From Takakia lepidozioides (Eukaryota; Plantae; Bryophyta): a DNA stretch of 64,000 bases. Below are positions 11,112 through 24,664 of the stretch, piece by piece. The notes under the pieces are model-generated. The model had not been told where the DNA came from. It ran no database searches and worked only from the letters and a program-made list of their open reading frames with translations. The stretch spans positions 53,692,001 to 53,756,000 of the forward strand of contig CM060732.1 in assembly GCA_030704615.1 (NCBI GenBank), read 5' to 3'. Both the position numbers and the translations under genes were made by a program. Positions within the stretch are counted from its first letter, which is position 1; every line of letters begins with the position of its first letter.

Positions 11112-14100
11112 TGTAAGTGAGTTATTCTGTGAAGGTTTACATGACAATCTCACCCTACCTTGGTCCGAGCGTTGCCATGTCTGTCAACTTGTTCTTCTAT
11201 GTGGCCTTTTGTATTAGCCTGGTTGTTGAATGGTCCATGTTATAGACATAGTTGTGTTGCCGCTCTTCCACAAACATCCACAAACAAAGCCTTACGCCTT
11301 GTTTTATCCCTAATGATGCTGAGCTGACCCCAAGATCTGTATGTGTTGGATGGGTTTTTTCCAACTAAGCCCTGGAGGTGAACCTGTGTCTTCCTTTCTA
11401 AACTTGAGCAGCTCAGACTAAGGAAATTTCAGCTAAGAATTTTGTGATCTTACTATTTATGGTGCCCTCTTTTTATGAGTCAATGTCAAGAGCATGGTGT
11501 GAAATCTTAAAGAAGGTCATATGTACATTAGTATGTAACTTGACCTGCTCTCCAAACGTAAATGAGGCTTCTGCCTGCTGCTTGCAACATAGAACTGTAC
11601 AATGTGGCATCTTGATGACCCCGACCATCAGACCAACTCAGGTCTGCACACGTGCAGTGGAAGACAACTTGTATAAATTTGTAAACCCAGAATCAAGGCT
11701 TCCAAGAGTGGGATTGTGAATGAAACTTGCATGCCTCGGGGGCCAGAAATATTTTCTCTTTGCCCATCATGCCTTAATGGGCAAGAGCTGGAGCCCTTTG
11801 CGCGCCACGCCCCCTTCATTTGCTGTGCAAAGACAGCGGGAGAGAAGAAAGAAGCTTGTTTCTTTCTTGAGCTTGCAGACCAGCCTGGTGGTTCTATCAA
11901 AGTTGAGTTATCCAGTACGGGAGGTGAGGTTTTTCCTCGTATGTCAGTCAAAAGCAGTTCCAAGTGAAATGTTTGAGAAGGTATCTTCGGAATTCCCTCC
12001 AAGTCCGTGCACTTCAAGCAAACGATCTTGGGTAGGCCAGCAGTATAGTCGAATAAGGTGGGAGGAAGCACAGCCAGCAGAGTTAAGAGGCTCTACACAC
12101 ACCTGGCTCCATGCTGCACTCTCCATGCAAATAGTCGTGTTGACCGGTGGTCCATCAACCCATGTCTTGCTGCAAAAAACTCGCAACCCATCCCTACTAT
12201 TCTTTGCACTCCCACACTGCCCAAAACAATGAAAACCGCAGACACTCCATAAACCGACCAAAAGCCGACAATGATCTAATCAGCCTTCAGTGTATACATA
12301 GGAGCACAATCTTGTGCTGCTATGCTGAGGACACTTCACCTTCCTTAAGAGTCACTCAACCCCACTTACTACTCTTCCATCAATCAGCTGACAAGTGGAG
12401 TGATGAAACACCTCACTCAGTAACAGCAAGAGAACTAGGCCTATATCTTTTTCAGATGCAGAACTGTATTCATTCCGTCACTTACCAGTTTTCATTATCT
12501 GGAAAGCTGTGACTCTTGCATTCAAATCCACAGAGTAGCCTGATGACACTCTCTATTCTGGCGGCCCCAAGTTCTCTGTCTTCATAGAGGCCTCAGAAGT
12601 AACAAAAGCCACAGTTCAGAACTTGTAAACTTTAACCCTTAAGTTCCCAAGCCCTTTTTTGACTTTTTACCAATTTTGGGTACCCAGCTGCAGTAAATTG
12701 CCCCTAGAAACCTACCAAAAATCATCCAGAGATTTCGAGCCTTATAGCAGTGGGCCCAGCTCATTTATGCATGACATACCAAAAAATGATCCAAGTCCAC
12801 CGTGGAAATTGTCAAATATCAGGTCCCAAAGAAAAACTGAGAAAGAAATTGGTTTGACCAAATCAAAACCTAGCTTTATCCAATTTTGCTTGCCAAGACC
12901 AGTGTTTTTTTTTTCAAATTTTGAAAGAACAGGACTGGCTACTGAGTTTTGCAGGAAATAGCCATATTTTCTGCTCATCCACTGAAATTTGGACAGAATC
13001 ATCCTCCTCTGTACTTTCATACATGTATATCATCCATATTAGGCGAATTCATCCAAGATTTATATTTTTTTTGAGAATTCTGGCGATTTCATCCATGAGA
13101 AAACAGGGAATTTATGACAGAATATTCGATTTTGATTTTTGAGGTCAAAAAAGTGCGAAATTTCGCCAGAAATAAAAACACTGGCCAAGACCCACCATTT
13201 CCAAATCAATAGTGGAGTGGCTATGACCCCACTAAATTGCAGGTCCAACTGATTTTTTCACCTATGCTTGCTTTGCATGCAATTACATGTTGGTTGAAAT
13301 CTCAAAATTGACAAGAGAAAATAAGCCTCCAAATGAAGTACATTTTTTTTTACAAATTTTTTAAAAGCCAACGAGTGGATGTGTGTGTGTAATGCTCACA
13401 CACCACAAAAGGTGAAGTGCTTTTTCCAAAATTGCTAATTCTCTGCCAAAAATGGCCTTTGGAGTGCAATATGTTTTGGGCTTGTTTACCTGCCACGTCA
13501 GTAGTCAACAAGCCCTTTTCAAGCCCAAAACATAAATGAGAGATCTAAGATATTTTTTGTAGGTCGTAGCTTTTTTCTTTTCTTTTTTTTTTGTTTTTTG
13601 CATCATACTTGAGACAAATCCCTTGTCATTAAAGCTTCAGGAGTGGGCCCCATCAGATTAGATCTGCAAAAATTAGGTCGAACTGCAAATTCAAAGTGAC
13701 CCGATTCAGGACGCTTTTAAAGAATGTTTAGGCAGCGGCAAGAGTTTACAATTGTGTCTCCACTTGTCTTTATTATTCGGGACAACCCCTCACTTAGCCG
13801 CCGCCACCTCCATATTTCTCTGACTCTTCTCAGTATCTAAACGTCTCTAAAATCTCACCTTAGGTAGGCCTCCCATATTGCCAATAAAAACACTGATGCA
13901 AAATTCAAAATTCAAAATTCAAAATTCAAATTCAAATTTTGAACCCAAACAGAAGTATAGCTAGATAGAAGTATGGCTAGGTAACAGCTCTCACTTCCAG
14001 CACTTTCTGCTTTTTTTTAGATATTGCTCTTCACGTTCTTGATCTCATTTTTTTCTGTGTTTCTCTTTATTTCCTCTCTCTCGCGCGTGTCTCTCTTCAC

Positions 14101-14194
14101 CTTTCTCTCTCGTGCGCGCGGCAGTATGTCGACGCTCGCGCGTCAGCGCTGCACTCACGCGCGTTGGCGCTGCTAGCGCCACCTCCACCACACC

Positions 14195-15352
14195 ATGACA
14201 TCCTCCAAACGCCAAAGGACGTTTGGCGAAGAGATAGACTCCCCTTCTCCCTCACCCCGACCTACTTCCCCTCTGCTTCTTCTTCCTGCCCCTGTCTCTC
14301 AGCAGGCCTCTCCTTTGCGTCAGTACTCCACAAGGAGTGCTGATGTTCAAACGCTTCGGGACCAAATCACTATCTTGCAAACGAAATGCATCTCGGAGGA
14401 GACTCTGCAGCTAGCGCTCGCTGCCCGAGACAAGGACTCAGAGGAGCGGTTGGCTTCCCTAAACAAAGATTGGGAGACGCGGATGGCTTCCCTTAACAAA
14501 GCTTGGGAGGAGCGCATGGCTTCCTTGGACAAAGCTTGGGAGAAGCGCATGGTAGACAGGGACACAAATTGGAGAAGTCGTTGGACAATATGCGAGTTCA
14601 TGACAGCGCTTTGCAGACCTCTCTTCAGGAGTGCAATAGCAAACTTCAAAGTCTGTCGAAACATCTCAATGACAAATCCACACATATGCGTCTTTCGAAA
14701 CTTGAAGGTGAAGACCTTCGCAGAGAAGAGCCCCACAAATCCCTTCACGGCAAGCATCCACCTGCAGGTGGAATCCCTTAGCAAAGAGCTGGAAACACAC
14801 AGAACTGCGACGTCTACAATGGCTCGGGAGCTCCAAGCTCACAAGGCAGAGGCCTCCTCCTGGGCTAATATAGTTAAGGGGAGCACATCCAACAACAGCC
14901 CTCACTCTCTAGAGGAGACAGTCTCGGCTACCTTGCGAGAGGAATAGCAACGGGCTTTCAAAGCCCTTAACATCAGGGTCACTGGGAAACTAGGGAGCCT
15001 TGTTGAGGGGGACCCTCTTGACGCTGCCACCAGCCTTATTCAGCAAAACCTTGTTCTACCACGGGGAGTGAGTGGCATTGAAAGGGCTTGGCGTGCAGGA
15101 TCTTCAGAGCACAAAGTTCTCTTCGTTAGATTCAAGGACAAGGGTGCTCGGGATAGAGTCCTCAGGCAAAGGCCTCAATTGAGAGGCCAGGGTATGTACC
15201 TCAACGATGAGTTGACCCCTTTGCAATACAACGCCATGCGGGCGCAACTCTTGCAGGTTAAGCAAGCTCGAGCTCAGGGGCACTATGCCGTGTACCGAGA
15301 TGGGAGGGTAATTGTTCGGGAGCACGAGCGTCGCCCCTCTAGCTCTAAATAG
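14195..15352 (+). pseudogene. LINE ORF1 (coiled-coil plus RRM-like C-terminal domain), disrupted
   Basis: 33-bp/11-aa coiled-coil repeats (RLASLNKDWET/RMASLNKAWEE/RMASLDKAWEK). C-terminal IERAWRAG...VRFKD...MYLNDELTP typical of LINE ORF1p. Internal TAG at 14945. Confidence 0.75.
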
Positions 15353-15355
15353 GGG

Positions 15356-18300
15356 TTGGGGCACCATGAGACCAACACACGCTCACATCTACACATTGGC
15401 TCATGGAACTGTAATGGCTCGTTGTGGAGCCACCCCCAAGGGCTTCTAGATATTCTTTCCAAATGTGATGTTCTTTTTCTGTTGGAGACACATGCGTACG
15501 AAGAAAAGGACCCCCCTTTTATTCTCGGTTATAGCGTTCAGTCAGTGACTCGTCCACGTACAGGTCTCAAAGGATCTGGAGATGTGGCTTGTTACTTTGC
15601 CAACTAGCTTCTCCCATTTATCTCCTTCCCATTCAAAGACCCACTGGCAAGGTACATTTGGTGTCACATAAAAGGCTACAACATCCTGCTAGCGAGATGT
15701 TATTTTGCTCCGGCTGCATCTCCGCACAGTGGCCTACATATTCGAACAGATTCACCATATGTTCCATTGGAGGACGATATGGCCCGTCTTCGTACCCTAC
15801 ACACGGACATTTTATTGGTTGGAGATTTCAACGCCTGTACAGGATCACTACAGGCCCCCACCTTCGACCACACAGATCCTCTACACATCCAATGCTCGCA
15901 TACGGAATTGGAGAGGCAAAGTGCAGATTCCTCTTGCGAAATCACAAGCTACGGTCACCATCTAAGTTTTGTGAAACTCAAGGGCTTGCCATTTACAATA
16001 GAACAACCAATTTCAAATCCTCTAGCCAGTTCACTTGCCACACGTACAAGGGCCAGAGCGTGGTGGACTATCTCTTGGGGAGCCCAAACAAGTTTGATAG
16101 AATAAGCTCCTTTTACATCACGAGGTACCCAGATTCTGATCACTCTTGCCTTTCCTTTGCATTTCCTTCCATCTCCCCCCCCCCCGTGAAGGTCCCCTCT
16201 GCTTCTCTTCCCCTACACCCACGTATCCACTTTAATACCCCTTTCTTACTTACACGACGCCGAGTATGAAACACACCTAGCGTCAACCCTCCCCTCCATT
16301 CTACATCTACCATCTCCTAACGACAAGGCTACACATCTTACTCTAGCCCTTTGGGACTCAGCCCTGCGATCCTTTCCCATCACCCTTCCATCTACCTCCT
16401 CACCCTTCTCCACTCGTCGTTATGCCCCATTTTATGATGAGGAATGCAAGACTGCTAGACGTCACATCAAATCTTTACTACTACATACCAATTCTTCTCC
16501 AGAGTCCACTAATCTTGCTCTTAAGCTCTATAAGTCCCTCATTAGATCCAAAAAGAGAGCCTACACTATCAAGTTGCAATCTTCTTTTCTTGCTAAAATC
16601 AGATTTTCTCCTCGTTCTTTTTGGTCCCTCCTTAAACCTCATAGAGACCCTCCCCCAATCACTGACATTCACGTCTGGCATGAGTATGCACAGTCTTTGT
16701 ACCATTCCCCAACCCAAACTCCCTCTCCTATAACATCTAAACCCCTTCACTTCTCTCTCTTTACTACGGCCAATGTCAGTAAGGCAATCAAGAAGCTGCA
16801 AAATGGCAGAGCAGTAGACATTTCAGGACTTCGGAGTGAATTCATCAAGCATGTTGCACCTACTTTAACCCCTTTTATAGCTAACCTCTTCAATGAGGTG
16901 GTGCAACGGGGCTTTCCCACAGAGTGGACAAAGAGCATCATCCACCTACTCTTCAAGAGCAGTGACGGGCTCGCACCGACCAACTATCGTACTATCATGG
17001 TGTCCTCAGTACTTGCTAAACTGTTCGGGGCAGTAGTGGCCATGGAACTGGATGATTGGGCTGAGTCCTCTCGCATTCATGCTGAGGGACAGGCTGGTTT
17101 CCGTCGCAACAGATCCACTATTGACCACATCTTCACTCTTCAGGTTATGGTGGAAAGTGCACGCTATGACAAAAGATTGGTCTATGTTTGCTTCGTGGAC
17201 TTTCACAAAGCCTTTGATTCAGTTCCTCGGGACCTTCTCTTCCAACGGCTCCATAGAGTGGAAGTCCCTCCAGACATCCTTTGTGCCATCTCTTCTATGT
17301 ATGAGATTGTCACTGGCATGGTCCACGTCGCTGGTGAATTCTCAGCCGAGGTCCACAACAACATTGGAGTCAAACAGGGCTGCCCCCTTTCACCTACCCT
17401 GTTCGGGATCTACATTGACGCTTTGAAGAATTACATATAAAAAAACCATGGGGTTGGGGTACCATTGGATGGGGGACCAACGCAATCAGATCTCCTCTAC
17501 ACTGATGATGTTGCCATTTTGGCACTATCCCCGGTCTTCCTGCAACGCCATCTCAAAATTTTGGAACAGTTCTGCAAAGACTATGGGATGCAAGTCAATC
17601 TTAGCAAGACCAAGATCATGGTCTTCAATGGCCAGGCTGATCGTAGATTCATCTTCAACCAGCAAGAAATTGAGATTGTGAAATCATACCGATACCTGGG
17701 TCTGGTTATCCACTCCCCCAAGTTTCACTTTGCAGCCTTTGCCTTGGACAGATTGACTAAAGGTAAGGCGGCCTCTGTCCGCCTTCAGGCCAAATGCAAG
17801 CAAATACATTTGCGTCATCCCCCAACCAAAAAGTGGCTGTTTGACACTATCGTCAGCCCTGCTACCATCTATGGTTGTGAGTTCTGGGCACCTGGTGTCC
17901 CTGTCTCCTGGTGGGAAAAGAATTTGGAGCCATTACAATCATCTTTTCTCCAAGCAATGCTTGGCGCCAGTAGCACAACTCCATCTCAGATCCTAGGGGC
18001 AGAGTTTGCATGTGTACCATTGCAATCCAAGGCCCTCTTCCGGCTTACAATCTTTCTCCATAGATTACAAGCATTTCCACCCAAGGGGCTCGTGGCAAGG
18101 GCCCTCACAACATCTATGAGGCGCAAAGCTGCAGGTTTCAGGAACTCCTGGTATGCTCGAGTGGACAGTTTATTTCAACGTAACGGACTTTCTACTACTT
18201 TTCTATTACCAATGAATCCAGATGAGGCGGACATCACGTCCAGACATGACCGCAACAGACTCATTAGGAGAGAGCTTATGGAATTACATGTCCAGAGAAC

Positions 18301-18718
18301 TTGGAAGCTACCCAATCTCACAACAAAGCTCCACTTCTATCGAGAGATATTCTTGGTGCTCCGCGACAATAGAATCTTGAAACCAAATTACCTTACAGCA
18401 TCCTTATCTCCTTCCCTCCTGAGGGCATTGGGGCGGTTCAGGGTGGGTTCCCACAACCTACGGATAGAGACTGGCAGATGGGAAAACCTGCAACGGGAGG
18501 ACCGCCTATGTCCAGCTTGCATAGGGCGCAGCCAGGAAATCAAAACTGAAGCACACTTCTTCTTCTACTGCCCTCTATACTACGAGATCCGTGGGAGATT
18601 CCACTGTTTATTCAGTGGAACCCAAACTCTCACTGATGTCTTCCACTATGAGGATAAAAAATGCTTGGTAGCCTACCTGCACGAGGCCTTCACCCTTCGA
18701 CATTCGCTAGAACATTAA
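15356..18718 (+). pseudogene. LINE ORF2: APE endonuclease, reverse transcriptase and C-terminal Cys/His motif; several frameshifts
   Basis: GSWNCNG, LLETH, LVGDFNA, VVDYLLG, SDH (APE). NYRTI, QAGFR, FVDFHKAFDSV, GVKQGCPLSPTLF, YTDD (RT). RFRVGSHNLRIETGRW...CPAC...EAHFFFYCPLY. Confidence 0.93.
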
Positions 18719-18828
18719 TTGTGGTTTTTGGACTTGTTCCTCTCTCATGTTTCCATTTTGTCCCATAAGCTCTATGAGGTTTCCGCGGACGTTATAAAGT
18801 ACCATTTCATTTCATTTCATTTCTCATT

Positions 18829-21340
18829 CATAAGGTAGCCTCAGGTGGAGCTTCATCCATACCTTCCCCGCTGAAGGCCTAGTTTTGTTCAACAGGTTCT
18901 GTTTTGTTTGGCTCTTCTTCCCTCTTCCTTACACACTGTTCTTCCTTCTATCTTACTTCAGCTCGGCTGAGTGCTTTCTATTTCCCCATGACTTCTTTTC
19001 TCTTAGCGTTGCCTGATGTGGCGCCAGTAAGAAGAGACTTCAGAAGAGGTATCCGGCCTCAAAGAGAACGAAGGAACCGAAGCTGGACGGCAAACAAAAG
19101 AGGTTCGCACTCTGGCCCGGGAGTGCGCGGATATGGACCTCCTAATCCCTGTGCTTCGCTTGGCAGATCGGAGGAAGCTATCCGAGCAGATCGGATAGCT
19201 TGTCCATGTCCAGCTTGAGGACTGGCTGTGACTCGTCTAGCTGAGCAGCTTCCTCCGATCAGCTAGACGAGTAACAGCTGGCTGAGTAACAGCTTGTCCT
19301 CAAGCTGGACATGGAGGTCATTAAAGATCAATCCCAGAGGCTTTTGGAACAAGGGATTCTGGTTCGTTTTCCAGGGAGAAACCGGGATAGATATTGGGCC
19401 AGAAGTTGGGCGTTGGAGCATCTGGGCCCAGACGGAGGACTCACCCAGCACTTCTGCATGCCCCTGGGACGGGGCTTCTACTCTATTATGTTCACTTCAG
19501 CGGATTATGCTGATAAAGCTCTGAAATTCAACACTTCGAAATCCAGATGCAGAGTCAACATTTTTCCTTGGTCCAAAGAATGGGGCCATAAGGGAGGGGT
19601 AACTTGTAAGCCGAGAATCCTTGCTCTCCCTTACCTTCCTGGGAATTATCTGCGTTCGCTCCCTGAAATAGGAATCGGCGCTTACATTGGCTCTATATCT
19701 CTCAACGATCACTTAGAGACAGACCCTCAAAACATTGACAATTGTGGTGTCTCTTTTGATGCTTACAGGGATAGTGGCTTCCCTAAGATTGTTGTGATGA
19801 TGCCAGAATCTGCAACCATTGTTAGCTCCATCAAGCTTCCTACTCGATAACTCTTTTGTTTTAGTGATGGTTCAGGAAGAATATCTTTCTATTATCTGTC
19901 ACAACTGCCACAGAGAAGGTCACGTTAAGGCAGATTACCCTGATATTGCATCTCATAAGGCTACCGAACAATAAACTGACGAACAATGTTTCTGGGACCT
20001 ATGCAGGCCAGTGTCTCGCAGATGGGAAGGAAGAGGGCTGACAACACCCCTCCAGATCAACCTCCCACGAAGCGGTTGCGTGAGCACACCTCCTGCTCAC
20101 CATCCTCGACGAGCCCAAGAATTTTTCTTTTGCCTTCCAAATCTCCTCTCTCGTCCAAGCAAGCCTCCTCGCGACGTTCTGCCTGGACACTGGGGAGGAT
20201 CTTAACTTGGCTTCATTCTGCTTGACTAAGCTGCAATCTTTCTCCAATCTTTCCCTATTTGAAATCGCTAGCCCGGTTGGGCCCCTTTCTGTCACTATAA
20301 ATATCACGCCAATCATTTTTGGCTTCCCAGATGGAAGCCCTTCCATTGTCTTGACAGGGACGAACAACTTCCACAGCTCCTGCATTTCTGAATATGATGC
20401 GAAATCTTTGCTGCCATCTCAAGAACTGGATCTGTTGGTGGCCAAAGTAAAGGAAGTCTTCTCTGTTCATCTCCCTCTTTTTGCTCTTTCGGCAGATACT
20501 GCCATGTATTTCGGTTCTTTCTTGTTTCAATCTAATCTGATCCCTGCTAAGTACTCTGTGCAAGTACTTCCTATTATGCGCCTTTCTCATGTGCGAATGG
20601 AGGATGCAGGAGTGGGTAAAATGAACTGGATTTCAGGTGATGTGCTTCCGGACTGCATTGGCCCTATGGAAGATAAGGAGCTGCTCTCTGCAATTTACAA
20701 GGCAGGCAGATTGTTACTTCATGCGGCAGAAAAGCCGAAGATGTATTCAAGAGGCCTCGACAAATCTCATTCAAGTGATGGCCTCATGGTGATACACGGT
20801 CAGGAAGTAGAAACTCCTACGGTTACTTTGGCCCCGATGGACCTCTCCATCCCCTCACCCCCTCTGGTGAGCTCTACTCACTGCATTCTCCCTCTGTTCA
20901 TTTTTGCTGCTGGTATTAATCCTCATAGATGCTGGGTTTTGACAGAATGTATTCAGGACTCTCCTTCCAGGATTATTCCTGAGTCTACTGTGCCAGCAGA
21001 CTTTTACACCCCTCTACTTCAAAAATCATCTAAAATATTCTGGGTTTCCCCTTTCCTCCAGTATCCTTGTCGTTTCAATCCAGGATGAAAAAGCAGTTCA
21101 AACTGGAATCTGGACCGAGGGCACACCTAGGATCCCTAGTGATGGGCTTTGTGCGCTCTGCCAAATTGTCCCCCCCATGGGCTTCAAATGGCTCAACTCC
21201 TTGCCGCTGGATGATACGAGTTCAGAGTTTGTTATAAAACCTTTCAAGCCATCATTTCATGGTTACCCCATGGGCTGCAATGTCGAGCCTCCATGAATTG
21301 TACGTTAACCTCATGGAACATCCATGGCATTGGATCCGAG
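18829..21340 (+). mobile_element. 5' part of an L1-clade LINE (5'UTR, ORF1, first codons of ORF2), 3'-deleted
   Basis: DUF4283-like PLGRGFYSIMFTSADYADKAL...IFPWS (19311-19850). Degenerate zinc knuckle ICHNCHREGHVKADYP at about 19893-19940. ORF2 start MNCTLTSWNIHGIG at 21293, after which homology is lost. Confidence 0.75.
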
Positions 21341-22366
21341 GCATCCATGCCTAAAGATGGGCTGGGAGGTGAGCGACATGCATTTACATGCATGTTACTT
21401 TTGCTCTACTTTATGTTTCGCTTTTTTCTTCCGTGTATTTGGACCGTGACGGTCCAGGATTTCAAAACCTACACCCACGTTGTTTCAGGGTAGTGTATTG
21501 TTGTGGTGTGATGGAGCCGTTTTCTTCATGTTTGGCTCAGGGATGAAGGACATGAAGGGCAAGAATGGGGTGTGGCGAAGAGGGAGGTTCCTGGAGGAGA
21601 AGACAAGGAAGCTGGTCCAAGAGAAGACGTATGTGACTTGCATTTTGATTTTCGTAACTGTGTTTGGCCACCTGGTGTGTTTTGCAATACTATGTAGTCC
21701 TTTCTTTTCCATGGCAGGTTGATTGTGTTATGTTGCTGTTACGTCTGGTCAACTTTCTGTTAAAATAATTTTAAGATTCTAACGACCCTTCGAGCACCTG
21801 TGTCAATCCTTTGCATCAAGTCACAAAGAGTCACGCATGGTTTTCTTTGGTTTTATGTCAGCAAGTGTAGATGTCTGTTGGCAGGAAGGTCCAGCCAATG
21901 GTACCAACTTGACAATGCAACTTCTAATTCGAATCATCCTTTGTTAATTTGTTCACATGGATACTCTAAGAATTCCCATGATATGGGGAGCCCTCCTACT
22001 TAAACTTGTAGCTGGGGATCATCACTGAGAAATAATAGAAGGCATCCCAAGGGTGGGTAGCCACCGCAATTTCATTGTGCATTATTGAAACAGCTGTACA
22101 CTTGTTCAAGTGACTGTTAATTAGTTGTTGCTCCCTTGTAGCAGCACTGAGTACGATAGGTGGGGAGCTACTTCTCAATTCAGCGCAAGAAAAGGAAGGT
22201 AAGCAGCTTTGGTTGACTACAGACGCATTGGATCACACAAATCTTATTCCATTTAGATTGACTTAAGGAAGGAATGGAATCATAATGATGCCTGGGCTAT
22301 CAATTGTGACGAGTCCTCTGATACTTGAGAGTCTACTGCGATTTTGGCATTTACACTTGTCCATAC

Positions 22367-22782
22367 CAGTGTTCTTAGAGACCTCTATTGAGGATTGATG
22401 AACCCAAGCTAGCATGGGTATGTGTAAGGATACAATTTTTTTGTGCTTATCCCCATTAACATTTGTGCAATGTAAAAAATAGTTGCACTATATCTTTGCA
22501 AATTTTACCAAAAAATAATGAAGAAAATCTCTACATATCATATCTTTATACATATATAATATATATTCCTAATATTTACATACCATACCCTTACACATAT
22601 AGACTTAGTATCTCCATTTAGAATTTGCTACTATGGGTATGTCCCACATGACAATACTCATACCAGCCATGTACCTTACCCATTCCACTGTGGCCCTACC
22701 AGCTTGACCTTAGAGGTCCACTAGGCATACCAGGACCAGTCTGGTATGTCAAAATGGACATACCAGTACAACACTAACACTG
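22367..22782. mobile_element. hAT-type MITE
   Basis: Termini CAGTGTT...AACACTG; exact 8-bp TSD GTCCATAC at 22359-22366 and 22783-22790; internal catacc/ggtatg motifs. Confidence 0.85.
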
Positions 22783-23250
22783 GTCCATACAATAGGGACA
22801 AGTTTGGATTGATATCGGATTTGAGGACGAGCTGATGAGTCTTGATGGAAGGGTTTGGACAGATAGTAAAAGTAAGCTGACATTGCTGACCAGGGAAGCT
22901 TCCTAGGCGAACTGACCACCGACAGTAATCTTGGATTCAGGGTGAGAAGTGAGTTGTATGTTCTGCAGAGAAATGCACATTTTTTCAGGAGTTAGAGTCA
23001 TGCAACCGAGTACAAGGAAGTGTGTGTTGGATGCAATTTCATCATTTAGATTATAGATCATTTAAGTTAACATCCATAGAGAATGGACATGTCCATTTGA
23101 AGACTGCTAGTGTAAGGCTCACATGGGGCCAATCCAAGTGATGCACAACTTTGGCCATGCAGTAGAAATTGTCTTTGTGTGACACAGTTCTGCAGTTATG
23201 ATCAACATAACAGTAAGAGCGCTAGTCAAGGAATGACTAGAATGTCTCCT

Positions 23251-24332
23251 CTAAGATCTCGCAACCACGCTGCATGAATTCGCTTGTAGTTCAATCCCAC
23301 TCCTTCGTCCACTTCCATCTTTTCCGCCTTTCTTTTGTTTGGCATAAACTGTTTGACCAATGGAGTTTCTTGAATCTCTACCACCTTCCTTTCGCCCGGC
23401 AAAGATTGTTGTGGGTGGGAGATGGCGGTTTGGGTCATAATTCAGGGATTTGCGTACAGCCTTATACCTCCAAGATTTCTCTCTGCGCCCAAGACTCATC
23501 GGTGCAATCCTACGTCCGGCTTGTTCACCCACTACTGCAAAATGATTGGTGCAAACTCCTGCTGATCTTTTTCTTTTCCCTAGCAAAGACCTTTGAACCC
23601 CACTCGATCTGCCAAACAAAAGAAGGGAGACAGCAACATCTTCTTCCGAACTCCCAGGTTGAATCGTTGTTAAGTCAGAAGAAGGCCCTGCTCTTCGGGG
23701 GTGTCTCTTTGTGCGCAAGTGGTGATCTAGTCCAATCAACTCATGCTGCAGCGCAAGAAGATTATATGCATCGTCCTCGTTTACTTATCTTGCTCATCTT
23801 TCCACCTCAATACCACAAATGTTTTTCTCGTCCTGTTTTGTTCGCTTTGGAATGAAAAACGGGAGAAGTCGGGAAACCCGCGAGAGCATAGGTGATAGAA
23901 ACTTGAACTCAATATTGTCGCCCCTTCAATTGCGGTGAACTTGCAATTTAAAGAGCAAAACTGAAATTCGACGTCCATTATGCCACCAAAACAAGTCCGC
24001 AATGTGGGCCTACCTTCCTAGGATGCATCGATGGAGACCTGCAATGAAGGTGAAAAATCTGCTCTGAGCTGATCAGGTATCGCTGGGATGCCCGAAATGT
24101 CCACAAGATCTTGTATTTCTCCTGTGCGGACTGCATCCCTGTGAGAGACTTTCCTGACTTGCAGCATCTGGTGCCCAGGGTGGGCGTTGAGGTCATTGGG
24201 ACACAAATGACCCACCTTACACTCCACGCAAAATCGGTTCTGGTCTCTCTTATGCTCCTCGCACTTTCCAGAGAATTTCGCCTCTAAGAAGATGGAGAGC
24301 CAATCCCAAAAATCTCCCTTATGTTCTTCCAT
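23251..24332 (-). pseudogene. PLATZ: PLATZ zinc-binding transcription-factor-like gene, intronless, frameshifted
   Basis: WLSIFLEAKFSGKCEEH..NRFCVEC..LC...HPGHQMLQVRK...DLVDISGI / QRYLIS / TCFGGIMDVEFQFCSLNCK, plus the C-terminal basic motif RTKRHPRRA, spread over several frames. Confidence 0.8.
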
Positions 24333-24664
24333 CACTGAATCTCGCTTCTTCTTGAATGGTAGTGTCCGCGCTATGAACAAGAGAACTGAACAACGTGTAG
24401 TAGTTCTGTCACACCCACACTCTCCTCTCCAATCCTTCCATCTTCGTCAAAAAAACTCCAAAATCTTCCTCTCATCCTGCAAATCTACCACAAGTAAAGT
24501 GCTATCCGAAAGGTACTTCAATGTTGGGCGGGTGCCGGTAGTGCCTTTTAAAGGACCCCTCGGGTTCCAGTTTTTTCCTCGAGCAAAGTCTGAGAGTCCG
24601 GATCCGGGCTTTTGAATTGAAACAATAAGTTGGGAATTTTAGTAACTTACCAGTAATATATTTG

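Larger units (their letters stand above)
14050..18821 (+). mobile_element. Near full-length LINE, RTE-X-like, with (CATTT)n tail
   Basis: GC-rich 5' leader, ORF1, ORF2 with APE-RT-zinc motif, 3' tail catttcatttcatttcattt at about 18803-18822. Candidate TSD TCTCATT at 14043-14049 and 18822-18828. Confidence 0.85.

Noticed and set aside
12632-13950. piggyBac-like terminus TTAACCCTT at 12632 opening an AT-rich block
   Set aside because: I found no matching AAGGGTTAA end or transposase in the window; probably an unclassified repeat.
14945-15607. In-frame TAG codons as recoding or U-to-C editing sites
   Set aside because: Better explained by C-to-T decay of methylated CAG in nuclear TEs; reverse editing is organellar.
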